From: Rhynchopus sp. YZ270_cl-10
Lineage: Eukaryota
Reading direction: 5' to 3'
Assembly: GCA_964035575.1 (NCBI GenBank)
Contig: OZ037844.1
Location: 930,001 to 994,000, forward strand
DNA length: 64,000 nucleotides
The position numbers and the translations under genes were made by a program. This document shows positions 47,196-58,438 of the stretch, in pieces. The notes under the pieces were generated by a model. The model made no database searches, was not told the origin of the DNA, and saw only the letters and a program-made list of their open reading frames with translations. Numbering within the stretch: position 1 is the stretch's first letter; every line of letters begins with the position of its first letter.

Positions 47196-49424
47196 TCAAA
47201 AGCCCAAACCACGGTCTCTGCTGGGGGTGCTGGTGTGGGTCACTTCGAAGACGTTGTCGTGTCTGCTGCTGCCGTACTCGTACACACCGACTGTGGTGCT
47301 GGGCTTCATGATCTCCGCAAGAGATGCTGGCAGCGACGTGCCCATCGGCGGTGCGTACAGGAACACCTTTGCCAGGGACACAGCCTCTTCGCACAGCGCC
47401 CAGCTGCGCTGCACAGACGGCCCCATCACCGTCAGGAAGCGCTGTGTGCGTGACCCCACGTCGCCGTGTTCTGTTGGCCCACTCGCAAGACCCGCACCCG
47501 CAAGTGTCGTCCTGCTGTGTACACGTTCCATAAAGTGCACAGCGTTCTCAGCATGTGCCTGTGTCGCACGAGCAAGGTTCCACCCAACACACACACGGCT
47601 CCCCAGCAGTGACACCAATGTACCCCCGCTCTGGTCCAACGCAGTCATCAGGACCGACATCACATTGCTCATGTCCTGCAATGCTCCCCCACACTCATCC
47701 GCACGCACAACCACCTCCACCTCCAACACACCCACAGTCGCAACAGCAGACACACGTGTTCGTGCAAGTGTCTCAGACATACTGTGCGCCACCTCACCGT
47801 CAGTCGTGTAACGCATGGTGCTCTTCATAAACGGCAGCAGTGGCATCGTCTCAGGCTGGAGCGGGTCAAACCTCCTCTCTGCAAGCGAAGGTGGCCACAC
47901 ACAGCACACAAGCACAGGCTCTGCCACACCCTTCAGCTCAAGCGCCTCTGCCGCGCCTGCCACCCCCACACAGCTGCCACAGTGCTGCTCCCACAGGTCC
48001 GCAGGCACAGCAACAGCACCCGGTGTGCACGTGCTCTCGATGCGTGCTGCCACGTTCACAGTGTGGCCGAAGTAGTCAGTCCGTCCCGTCAGTGCGTTCT
48101 GCTCCGCAGCCACAGGGCCGCTGTTCACACCAATGCGCACCGTGAGCCCACCCCACAAGTTGCCACGTTCAGCACAGATTGGCACCTCCATCAACGACGC
48201 AGGCCAGTCCGCAGCACGGAGCATCTCGTGCACATTCAGCCCAAAGTCAACACCTTCTTGTGTGGTCTCGAAGGCAACCATGAAGGCGTCACCGATTGTC
48301 TTCACCTCGTAGCCACTAAACGTCTGCATCGCAGTCCGCATCACCGAGTTGTGGATCCACAGCCCATCCCGCATCCCGTCAGGTGCGCCTTCCCAGATCG
48401 ACGTGGACGAGCGGATGTCTGTGAACACCACCGTCACTGCCTCGCTGTGTGTACCAGGTGCCGTCACAATGCTCTGGACAGACATCTGGTCGTCTCTGTC
48501 GAACAGTGCAGCAGGGAGGTAGGGGCGGTAACGCCGCAGGTTCAGCTCCATCTTCTCGAGTGTTGCATGCATCTCAGGGGGCAGCAGCGCCTTGCGTGCA
48601 TCCAGCATGCGTGCCACACCGTCCACGTCGTACTTCGCCAGCAGCGCTGTGATCTCCTGCACTGCACTGATGGTGCGCTGCATGGCCGCCTGCTCCTTCA
48701 TCACTGTCGTTGCAAACCCTCGTGTGATGATAAAGTCCAACACAAACACAGACAAGGTACCGGCTAAGTTGTTTGGCGGGAAAGGCACAGCGCATGGCAG
48801 AGTGTCGCACGCCAGCATGTCCTCGAAGTACTCACGCCTCACCTCCTGCGTGCCAAAACCTGGAAGGTCAAGGAGCCCAAAACGCAAGCTTTCCTCGACT
48901 GCGATTGTCACGAGGTACACCACTGTGAAGGCCACCAACCCGAAGGTGTACTTTGGGGGCATCTGCAACACCAGCATCTCGTCAATCACGATCACGAGCA
49001 ACGGCCATCCTGGGTTTCCTATAGTCCGTCCGGCAAGGTCGTACACGAACACGGCAAGTGCCTGAGTATAAAGTATGGTAACAACAAGCGGAACGGGCAT
49101 CTGCTTCTTGAAAAGCACCAAGTATACAAAAGCAGCATTCACAATCGTGAACAACACACTCGCCACGTAAAAGGACGGCACGTCATTTGCTGTCTCGTAG
49201 ATAGAAAACAAAAACAGCAACATCAGAACTAGGCCCATGAGTGAAGAGACAAAAATGATTTTGCGTCCCGACTGTGCTTGTTTCCCCAGAGTCCCGTCCA
49301 CTGAGATCATGTTCTTAAACCAATCCATGCTCGCCATCTTCATCTTCGCCATGTGGTTGTGTTCCTCCCTAGTTGGGGTGGGGTGTATCAAAAGGGGTGG
49401 GGAAGCGTAGGACTCATCAGACAT
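47196..49424 (-). CDS. 6-TM receptor-type class III adenylate cyclase, paralogue 4 (altered C-terminus)
   Basis: Same motifs; ends TPSRDRGLGF instead of TPSRPRRCFASESTCS because homology breaks at about 47220. Confidence 0.9.
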   Translation of the reverse strand: MSDESYASPPLLIHPTPTREEHNHMAKMKMASMDWFKNMISVDGTLGKQAQSGRKIIFVSSLMGLVLMLLFLFSIYETANDVPSFYVASVLFTIVNAAFVYLVLFKKQMPVPLVVTILYTQALAVFVYDLAGRTIGNPGWPLLVIVIDEMLVLQMPPKYTFGLVAFTVVYLVTIAVEESLRFGLLDLPGFGTQEVRREYFEDMLACDTLPCAVPFPPNNLAGTLSVFVLDFIITRGFATTVMKEQAAMQRTISAVQEITALLAKYDVDGVARMLDARKALLPPEMHATLEKMELNLRRYRPYLPAALFDRDDQMSVQSIVTAPGTHSEAVTVVFTDIRSSTSIWEGAPDGMRDGLWIHNSVMRTAMQTFSGYEVKTIGDAFMVAFETTQEGVDFGLNVHEMLRAADWPASLMEVPICAERGNLWGGLTVRIGVNSGPVAAEQNALTGRTDYFGHTVNVAARIESTCTPGAVAVPADLWEQHCGSCVGVAGAAEALELKGVAEPVLVCCVWPPSLAERRFDPLQPETMPLLPFMKSTMRYTTDGEVAHSMSETLARTRVSAVATVGVLEVEVVVRADECGGALQDMSNVMSVLMTALDQSGGTLVSLLGSRVCVGWNLARATQAHAENAVHFMERVHSRTTLAGAGLASGPTEHGDVGSRTQRFLTVMGPSVQRSWALCEEAVSLAKVFLYAPPMGTSLPASLAEIMKPSTTVGVYEYGSSRHDNVFEVTHTSTPSRDRGLGF

Positions 49425-49652
49425 CTTCTTTGCTGTCTGCGACACGCATGCTCGGACACCTTCGTCGCCACTCATCAGCAACGAAGGCTGAAGGGTGTTG
49501 ACATAGTATCAGGTGCCCACAGGGAGAGACAGAAACGACACCTTCGTGAGTTCATATGAAAAACAGTTTCTTTTTTTTCCACGATATGTATTGAAGTGAA
49601 GTAAGGGGTACAGAGAGAGAGAGAGGTACAAGAGAGATCAAGCACGTTGACT

Positions 49653-50418
49653 TAATTTAATAATGAGTAATTTATTTTATTGCATTGGTGAAAATTTATC
49701 GTACTCCTTTATGTACCCTCCACCACCACTTTATCCAACTCTGGGCACTTTATCCCACCCTATAAAGTGATTTCCCACCCTATAAAGTGGTTTTTACACC
49801 CTATAAAGTGGTTTTCCCACCCTATAAAGTGATTTTTTCACCCTATAAAGTTGAAAATTTTTTTTTCTTCGCAAGACATTTTTCAGCCGAAAAAAAAATT
49901 TTTTTTTGGGCTCAGATGGGCCCAAAAATGCAAAAAAAGCAAGAATTTTGATGTTTTGAGCATCACATATTTATTCCCCGGTCATTTTCTGAACAAAACC
50001 CACCCTGTACATTTTGTATGGGCCAGCGCCTTGTCAAAAAATTTCAACAAAAAAAATTTTTTTTTCGCGATATTTTTGACCCCTGAGTGGGTCTTTGGGC
50101 CCAAAAAATGCAAAAAAAACTTGAAAAAAATCGACAAGTTAAAATTTCAACCAATACACCCTGTTTTTGACCATAAAATGAAAGAATCCACCCCATAAAG
50201 TAAAATTCCACCCCATAAAGCCATTTTATTTAACTCCAAAAATCAGGAGTACTCAAAATTATCACCATATGCAATAAAACTACCTTATCAACGCCAATAT
50301 GGGCCATTTTTTCACTCTCGAATCGGTTCGTGCCCCTCTCGTGCCCTTCGGGCACTCGAGGAGCACTCACCGATTCTCGAGTGAAATAATGACCCATTAT
50401 TTGTTGTTAATAAATAGC
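49653..50418 (+). mobile_element. Non-autonomous palindrome-ended (Crypton-like) element
   Basis: Palindrome at about 50295-50405 centred on ctcgtgcccttcgggcactcgag, ending TTAATAAATAG. The left end is an inverted match to about 50247-50280. Internal 21-22-bp CACCCTATAAAGTG repeats. It interrupts the cyclase upstream sequence at 49652. Confidence 0.65.
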
Positions 50419-51053
50419 TATTTACTTAGGGCAGAACATATTTTTATTTTGTTTGTGGTTCCCGTTACCGCCGCACTTTTTTTTTGGATTTTCGGGGGGA
50501 AATAACTAAACGGTACAATTGGGTGGCTTCTTTGTGGTTTCGTGACGCGATACCCACACCCGCCACGTCCTCCAATGGGCTGAAAGTGTTAAAGTAAGGC
50601 ATTTTAGAAATAAATTTTTACCTCTCGGCCTGTCAGCTGGAGCATCCGCGCATGAAAATTGTGGAAAACTTTGCATCCCAAACACCCTCAACAACGCCCG
50701 CCAAAAGGCGCCCCTTGTTGCTGGGAGTTGGTTCTAATTGATACCTGCACAGCAGACATTCCTATGAGTCCAGCGCAGTTTGGCCTGTCTGCAGCGGTGA
50801 GGGGAAAATTATTTTTTTTTGACTAGTAGCAATCAACGAAAAAACCTTTTTTTCTCTTTTACTTACCTATCAGAGTTACTATTTTTTTTTTGCGTGCGTG
50901 CGAACAGATTTTTGGGGAGCGGTGGGACACTAAACAAGGTTTTTAATTGTGCTACTGGTGTGGCCCGCCCCTCGATTTAACCCACTTTTGGCCATTCTTG
51001 GGCCATTCTTGAGCCGTGTTTTTTTAGGTGTATTTTTTAATTTTTTTGCCCTT

Positions 51054-51408
51054 TACACAGTATACACAGTATACACAGTATACACAGTATACACAGTATA
51101 CACAGTATACACAGTATACACAGTATACACAGTATACACAGTATACACAGTATACACAGTATACACAGTATACACAGTATACACAGTATACACAGTATAC
51201 ACAGTATACACAGTATACACAGTATACACAGTATACACAGTATACACAGTATACACAGTATACACAGTATACACAGTATACACAGTATACACAGTATACA
51301 CAGTATACACAGTATACACAGTATACACAGTATACACAGTATACACAGTATACACAGTATACACAGTATACACAGTATACACAGTATACACAGTATACAC
51401 AGTACACA
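51054..51408 (+). repeat. (CAGTATACA)n microsatellite, about 39 units
   Basis: Pure 9-bp array. Confidence 0.97.
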
Positions 51409-51418
51409 GGGGATTGGG

Positions 51419-52210
51419 AGTACAGTACAGTACAGTACAGTACAGTACAGTACAGTACAGTACAGTACAGTACAGTACAGTACAGTACAGTACAGTACAG
51501 TACAGTACAGTACAGTACAGTACAGTACAGTACAGTACAGTACAGTACAGTACAGTACAGTACAGTACAGTACAGTACAGTACAGTACAGTACAGTACAG
51601 TACAGTACAGTACAGTACAGTACAGTACAGTACAGTACAGTACAGTACAGTACAGTACAGTACAGTACAGTACAGTACAGTACAGTACAGTACAGTACAG
51701 TACAGTACAGTACAGTACAGTACAGTACAGTACAGTACAGTACAGTACAGTACAGTACAGTACAGTACAGTACAGTACAGTACAGTACAGTACAGTACAG
51801 TACAGTACAGTACAGTACAGTACAGTACAGTACAGTACAGTACAGTACAGTACAGTACAGTACAGTACAGTACAGTACAGTACAGTACAGTACAGTACAG
51901 TACAGTACAGTACAGTACAGTACAGTACAGTACAGTACAGTACAGTACAGTACAGTACAGTACAGTACAGTACAGTACAGTACAGTACAGTACAGTACAG
52001 TACAGTACAGTACAGTACAGTACAGTACAGTACAGTACAGTACAGTACAGTACAGTACAGTACAGTACAGTACAGTACAGTACAGTACAGTACAGTACAG
52101 TACAGTACAGTACAGTACAGTACAGTACAGTACAGTACAGTACAGTACAGTACAGTACAGTACAGTACAGTACAGTACAGTACAGTACAGTACAGTACAG
52201 TACAGTACAG
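51419..52210 (+). repeat. (CAGTA)n microsatellite, about 158 units
   Basis: Pure 5-bp array, separated from the 9-mer array by about 10 bp (gggattggg). Confidence 0.97.
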
Positions 52211-52464
52211 ATTTTAGCCACCGTGTTGTGAATTATTCTTAACCGAAAGGTTAGGACCACCCCAAATTTCCCCTCCAGTCACTATGCAGAGGTGACTCCG
52301 GGTCAGACCTAGCGTGAAAACCACCCCAAAAAAACACCGGGTAACAAATTAAAAAAGGGACCCCCCCTCGATTTGACCCACTTTTGGGCCATTCTTGGGC
52401 CATTCTTGAGACACGCAAAACCAGAAATCGGGCCACACCAGCTACCCTAAATTACTTTTTATTT

Positions 52465-52608
52465 AAAACAAAGAAAAGTTTATAAGATGATCCTAAGCCT
52501 CTCGTGCTTAGTCACCTTATCATATTCGTTATCGCACAGCATCAGCTGCGCTGGCTTCTACAAGTTTGTTGTCAGGGATGATATCATTTCCCCAGCCGGA
52601 GTTCGTAA
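52465..52608 (-). mobile_element. Short 3'-terminal copy of the LINE at 12184
   Basis: About 145 bp nearly identical to 12184-12328. Confidence 0.8.
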
Positions 52609-54754
52609 TACAAAAGGCACTCCGTATCCAAAACAGGGGGGCAGTCTGGGGACAAAAACAGATTTCTGTATTGGGGGTTTGAAAATTAGTTTTGTTTTTG
52701 CTACTTTATTTTGTTCTTTTTTGTTTTGTTGTGGTTTACTTTCGCAGCATGACCAAGGGTAGTTAAGACATGGTACGTTACTTTTCTGTATTGGGGGGGG
52801 TTAGGGGGGTCCGTCCGGCCGTTTTTGCTGTCCCAAACCACTTTTTTTTGTAAAAACCCGCGAAAAACCCGAAAAAACACCTCAAAACACCCCCAAACCC
52901 CCAAAAAATCACCCGAAACCACGAAAAACACACTTTTGAGCACTATTTCGCACTTTTTCCTGATTTTTTTGGTGTTTTTTCCCGCTTTTTCCGTTTTCCA
53001 TGGAATTATACCCCCTATTATGCCTATAGAATCCCTGTACTGCTCACTGAGACAGCATAGCGACCAGAGGCTCCTTATTCATCGTACCGGTGTCTTCGCC
53101 GTCAAGGGGTGCACAATCTGCCGCAAATTCCCGCAACTCTGTCTTTGTGAAGAGATGAAGCACTCTAGTGTTGTACTTTTCAAGTTGCTGCTTCTGGGTG
53201 CTTTGCATGGACCTGCCTTTGTGGTGCGCTTGGTGTATCATGCGGCAAGTTCTTCCCTTGAGAGATACGGAACCCAACCTAGACTGTAGAGGATGTCTAG
53301 GTTTCAGCGACAGTAAGTCGGTGCTGTCCGGGTGCTGGCTCCTTCCGTGGTGGCTTGCAACTTGGTCAAGGACACCGACAACGGATTCGCACGAATCATT
53401 GGTCATAGGAGGAGGCAAGGAAGGCTTTACTGCACTTAGGCACAGGGTACGTTGTCATTTTCAGGGACCAAAAAGCCCCAGTAAGTGTTGCAAGTGCGAT
53501 TTTCCACAGCTCGGGAGGTCTGTCAGGCAGTTCAGAGGGATTTAGACACTTCTGCGACTGCCTGAACACGCCTTTTAGGGTTTTTGTTTTGGGTGCGAAA
53601 TACGTCAAAAGGATGGGGGGAAATACCGTTATTTTAAGCGTTGCAGACACAAAAACACCCTCAAAAACCCCCCAGGGACCCCAAAAAGCTGCAAAATCCA
53701 CACATTTCCACCTCGGGACCTCATTGGAGGTGGACCGAGGTGGACCGAGGTGGTTTTTTTGTGTTTTGAATGAATTGGTATTATTTTTTTTTTTTGGTAA
53801 ATAAGTGGTCTTCTGCTAGGCGTTGCATAGCCGTTGCTTAAGTGTTGCATAAGTGTTGCATGGCCTATAAAACCCTCCCAAGTGCCCAAAATTCTATTTT
53901 TCACCCTACATGGGGTCTGGGGGACATTTTCCTGGGTATTTGGACACCATTCCGACTACCTTGGCACTTTTTTGGGGGTTTTCAGGTACAAAAAAAGTCA
54001 AAAAAGTGACTAAAAAAAGGGTACTTTTAAGCGTTTGGGGCACACACCCACTGCAAAATGCATCTGGGACCCCCACAGGACCCCTAAAAGCTGTAAAAAC
54101 TATATATTTCCACCCTGGGACCCCACCGGATGTGTGGACTGGGGTGTTTTTCGGGTGTTTAGAAGGATTTTTGTCTGATTGGAGAATTTTTTTGGTAAGT
54201 GTTGCATTTTGGCCCATGTTGATGACGATTTGATGACGCTATTTTTGGAGATTTTTCACAAAAAACCGATTTTTTTTAACCAGGAAAGTCTCTGCAGAGG
54301 TTGTAAGGTGGTTTAATGGGATATTTTCGTGATCCCCAGGGCGATTTGCGGCCAGGTACGACCTTTTTAGTGGGTTTCTTCACCTAAATTTCAAAAAAAT
54401 CCCCCCCACGCAGTCAGGCCAGGGAGCCACGTAACAAGGCTCGACTGCCACATAGTGGGGGGAGATCTGTGCAGCCTGTATGTTCCCCCCGATTTTCGTG
54501 GTAAATGGGGAGGCGCTTCCGTTTAACGGCAACCCACAAGAGTAGAACAACAACCAAACTTTTGAGAAACAGACGCCAATGAGACCTAGAGTCTCTCTTC
54601 TTACTTGTGTGCTACAGACAAACATGACAACGCTAACCACGACTGCCACGGCAGAGCGGGGTCCCTAACGGTTCACTGGGGGGGATCCACATAGATAAAG
54701 AAAACAAAAAATACGAAAGCAAGGAAGAAAACCAGTAAAAAAAAAAAAAAAAAA

Positions 54755-55297
54755 CTATTTATTCACCTCCTTTTAGCGGGGTTTTATTTTGCGATAACTT
54801 CACGCATTTTTTTCCCAGGCGAGGGCTACTTAATTTGCCGAGCGAAGCGAGGCAAATTGAGTGCACGAGCCTGGGAAAAAAATAAGTGAAGTATCGCAAA
54901 ATAATCCGCTAAAAGGAGGTGAATACGTAATTTTATTTCACGGGAAATAAAGTATACGAAAGGATTTGGCACTTTTAGCGTGACTTATTTATTGTGCAAT
55001 AACTAACGAGTATGTGTCCTCACAGGAAGCTCTCAGGGAAAAAAAAAAAAAAGAGCGTGAAAAAAAAAAAAAAAAGCTCTCATTACCCTCCCGCCAGCGC
55101 TACCGGGTCCCGCGGACCCCTAGATAGGCCCGCTGAGGGCTGGCGGGATTGAGGAGGCTGGAGGGAGGCTAAAAAAGGCTGGACGGTCCCTCCAGCCCTA
55201 CTACCTACATGTACCAAAATTTAGCGTGAAATTATCATTAAATAAAATCCCGCTAAAAGTGCCAAATCCTTCGTATACTTTATTTCCCAGGGGAATA
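54755..55297 (-). mobile_element. Shorter copy of the Crypton-like element at 27621
   Basis: Both termini are shared with 27621-28898; the interior is replaced or deleted. Confidence 0.75.
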
Positions 55298-55682
55298 AAA
55301 AAAAAAAAAATGGGTTTGGGACAGCAAATCCTTAAGGAATTCCTTCTACGTGGACCCCCCTAATGGTGGGAGTGTTTTTCGCTAAAAGGTAGGATTAAAA
55401 GTAAAAGAAAATGATGTAAAACATCGGGTAGTCGGGACTAAAACGAGAAAGGAGGGGAGGGGTAAAAACGTTAATTTCTGGTTTCGGAGTTCTGCTCCTT
55501 GACCAGGATTCAACCCTGTGGCCGCGCTCATCAGGAGCCAGGGCTATTGTGGGGTGTGGGTGGGAATACAAAGGGGTAGGGGTTGGGCACAAACCCAATG
55601 TCAAAACAAAGGTGAATGTGTTTCGAGTGTCGTAGCTCGCCAACCTGCGGGGAACAGTGTTCACAAGTATTTTCATCATAAT

Positions 55683-56132
55683 TGGTGCTTCCCGGGGGGT
55701 ATGCATTTCACAAATTTTCACAAAATGTGACAAGTTTTCACAAGTTTTCACAACACGAAAACCGCTATAAAATTGTGAAGGCTGGTGAAAAATGGTGAAA
55801 AATTGTGAAAAGTTGTGAAAAGTTGTGAATTGATTTTATTTTTTTGGGGGGTTTTTTTTTGGGTTGGGTGGTGGCCCACCCATTGAGGGGTATGCTGGGA
55901 TTCACAAGATAGAACGTGATGTGGTGTACCTGTGTACTGTGTACTGTGCGGAAATGACGAGAACTTGTCCATTTCGGCAAATTGACCCCACCACTGGCCG
56001 GACGGATTCCGGAAATGCAAATGCCGGCATTTAAAAGCTTCACCAACGAAGAAAAAAAGGGTGGTGAAAAGTTGTGAAAAGTTGTAAATTGAATTGAAAA
56101 TTTGTGAAATGCATACCCCCCGGGAAGCACCA
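55683..56132 (-). mobile_element. TGGTG-family MITE (inverted copy of 41769-42192)
   Basis: Same TIRs and interior in reverse orientation; TSD ambiguous. Confidence 0.85.
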
Positions 56133-56257
56133 AATAATATTATTCATGGGGGGTGAAACATCTTTTCAGACGATGTGGAATATTTTCATCTTTTTCACAT
56201 CGTGTCACGTCGTGAAAAAAGAAAAAAAAGAGGGAAAAAAAAAAAGGTCGCACATAT

Positions 56258-56380
56258 TGGTGTGGCTGAATGGGGAGGGCACAAAAAGTGTGCACGAAGT
56301 GCGAATCAGCCCTCGAAATTTTTTGGTGCGGGTGAAAAAAGTGCGCAAGAAGTGCGAATCGCCCCCCTTCAGCCACACCA
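56258..56380. mobile_element. Minimal TGGTG...CACCA MITE (123 bp) with 5-bp TSD
   Basis: TIR TGGTGTGGCTGAA / TTCAGCCACACCA; CATAT on both flanks. Confidence 0.85.
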
Positions 56381-57423
56381 CATATCCTTAATGCACTGCA
56401 TTCGCTTGTACTAGGAGGACTTTCTACACGGAGGTTCCAACAAACAAGAGTAGAAGCAACAGCAGTGTAATTGACAATAGAGAGACAACACCCAACCCAG
56501 CTGAGCCGCGGAGGCCTCAAAATGCAAAAAAAAAAACCCCCAAAAATCGGGTGTTTTGACCATTTGGCGTTTCACCAAATACACGTCTCTGAACAAGCCA
56601 ACACCAAAAATAGTGGTTAGACAAGGCGATTTTTGACCAAAGAATTTTATTGTTCACTTTGTCAAAATCTCTTTGTTTTTCTCTTTGTCTATTTTTCCTG
56701 CATTTTTTATTCTCTTCTTTGTACTTTCTTTTGTTTTGGTTGTTGTTAGATAAGCTCAATCGCCTATCGAGTTCTGTGAATAGCACGGAACTACCCATGT
56801 TCAGTCCTGTCCATGCACATACACGGCGGAGCCTACCACAGGATTTCTTTTTTTTCACGGGTCGGGAAAGATCTTTTTTTTTTTTTTTTTTTTTCGAGAA
56901 AAAAAATCCTCTTCTCCCGAAAAAAAAAAAAAAAAAAAAGATTTTTGGGAGAAAAAAAAAAAGAGAAAAGATTTGAAAATCCTGAAAAAATCCTGAAAAA
57001 TCCTGGAAAAATCCATGAAATTTCATGAAAAATCTCGAGATCTTGAGAAATCTTTGAAAAAAAAAAAAAAAAGATTTTCAAAATCTTTTTTTTTTTTTTC
57101 CCCCAAAAAGATTTTTCAAAATCCCAAAAATCTTTTTTATCTTTTTTTTGAGAAAAAAAAGATTTTCAAGATCTTTTTCATCTTTTTTTCTCTTTTTTTC
57201 CTTTTTTTTCCTTTTTTTTTCAGGATTTTTCAAAGATCTCAAAGATCTCGAGAGATCCTGAAAAAAAAAGACAAAAATCCTGAAAATCTTGATTTTTTTT
57301 TTTTTCTCCCGAGATTCTCGAAAAAAGACAAAAAAAGACAAAAGATCTTTCCTGACCCGTGTTTTTTTTTTTTCGAAAGAAGAAAAAATCAGGGGGGGGG
57401 GGGGTGGGTGCATTCCCAAAACC

Positions 57424-57735
57424 TAAAAAGACACACAGACACCCATGCCAGGCATACCAGCCAGGCTGATGCATCCCCCTCAGAGGGTTCCGCAAGTGTC
57501 AATGCGTACAGCTTTTGAATAACTGCGACAAGGGGGAAACTAAAAAGACACACAGACACTCATGCCAGGCAAAAACAGCCATGCTGAACGCATCCCCCTC
57601 AGAGGGTTCCGCAAGTGACAGCGTGCGTGGCTTTGCAGGGGGACAAACTAAAAAGACACACAGACACCCATGCCAGGCATACCAGCCAGGCTGATGCATC
57701 CCCCTCAGAGGGTTCCGCAAGTGTCAATGCGTGCA
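57424..57735. repeat. Three tandem units of about 110 bp
   Basis: ctaaaaagacacacagacac...gcatccccctcagagggttccgcaagtg repeated three times. Confidence 0.85.
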
Positions 57736-58028
57736 GATTTTGAATATCTGCGATAGCAAAAGGAATGACTAACACTTTTTTATTTATTTTAAAGGGTGCG
57801 GAGGGTGGGAAATTTTTTGAAAAAAGGTGTCGTTTGAGAAAAACAAACAAACGGACGCGCTGTGTGAAAAACGAGTGTTTCTCTGCGCGTGATATTTTGT
57901 GGGGAAGAATAAAACATTATGTATTTTCATCAGGAAGAATAAAACATTATGAAAAAAGCTCGTTGCGTTCCCACTATCGTTTCCGCTGCGCTCTCACTAG
58001 CGTTCCCACTCCATTCGGTTTTCTCTTA

Positions 58029-58438
58029 GGGCACGGTAATTTTTATTTTTGGTAAGCGTCTGCGTGCGTACTTTTTTTTTGAGATTCCAGGGAAAAAAAT
58101 TATGCAGAAAAAAAAATTATAAAGGGGGGCCTTCAATAACTCAACAATGCTTATATTTATTTTAGGTAAAAAATGTACATTTTTCAGCGCAAATTGACCC
58201 CATCACAGCACACACAGACTCCTGAGAGCCGAAATCAAAAAAAATTTCCCCCGATTTTTTGTGGGCAAAAATTGGTGGGAAAATATTTTTGGTACCTGTA
58301 TTTCCCACTGTAATTTTCCTCTATAATTTTTTTCACCACTCATAATTTTTTTTACTGCATAATTTTTTTTTGCGTGCGTGCGTACTTTTTTTTTGAGAAG
58401 TGCTCTGACGCTTACCAAGAAAAAAAATTACCGTGCCC
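58029..58438. mobile_element. PIF/Harbinger-like MITE
   Basis: TIR GGGCACGGTAATTTTT; TTA TSD. Confidence 0.75.

Larger units (their letters stand above)
50956..52440 (+). mobile_element. TGGTG...CACCA element with 5-bp TSD containing two satellite arrays
   Basis: TIR TGGTGTGGCCCG / CGGGCCACACCA; GCTAC on both flanks. Confidence 0.85.

Noticed and set aside
53044..53418. Small ORF with a SAP/HeH-like ending (FTKTELREF...NKEPLVAML)
   Set aside because: Short, weak resemblance only, embedded in repeat-like DNA; probably a transposon remnant.
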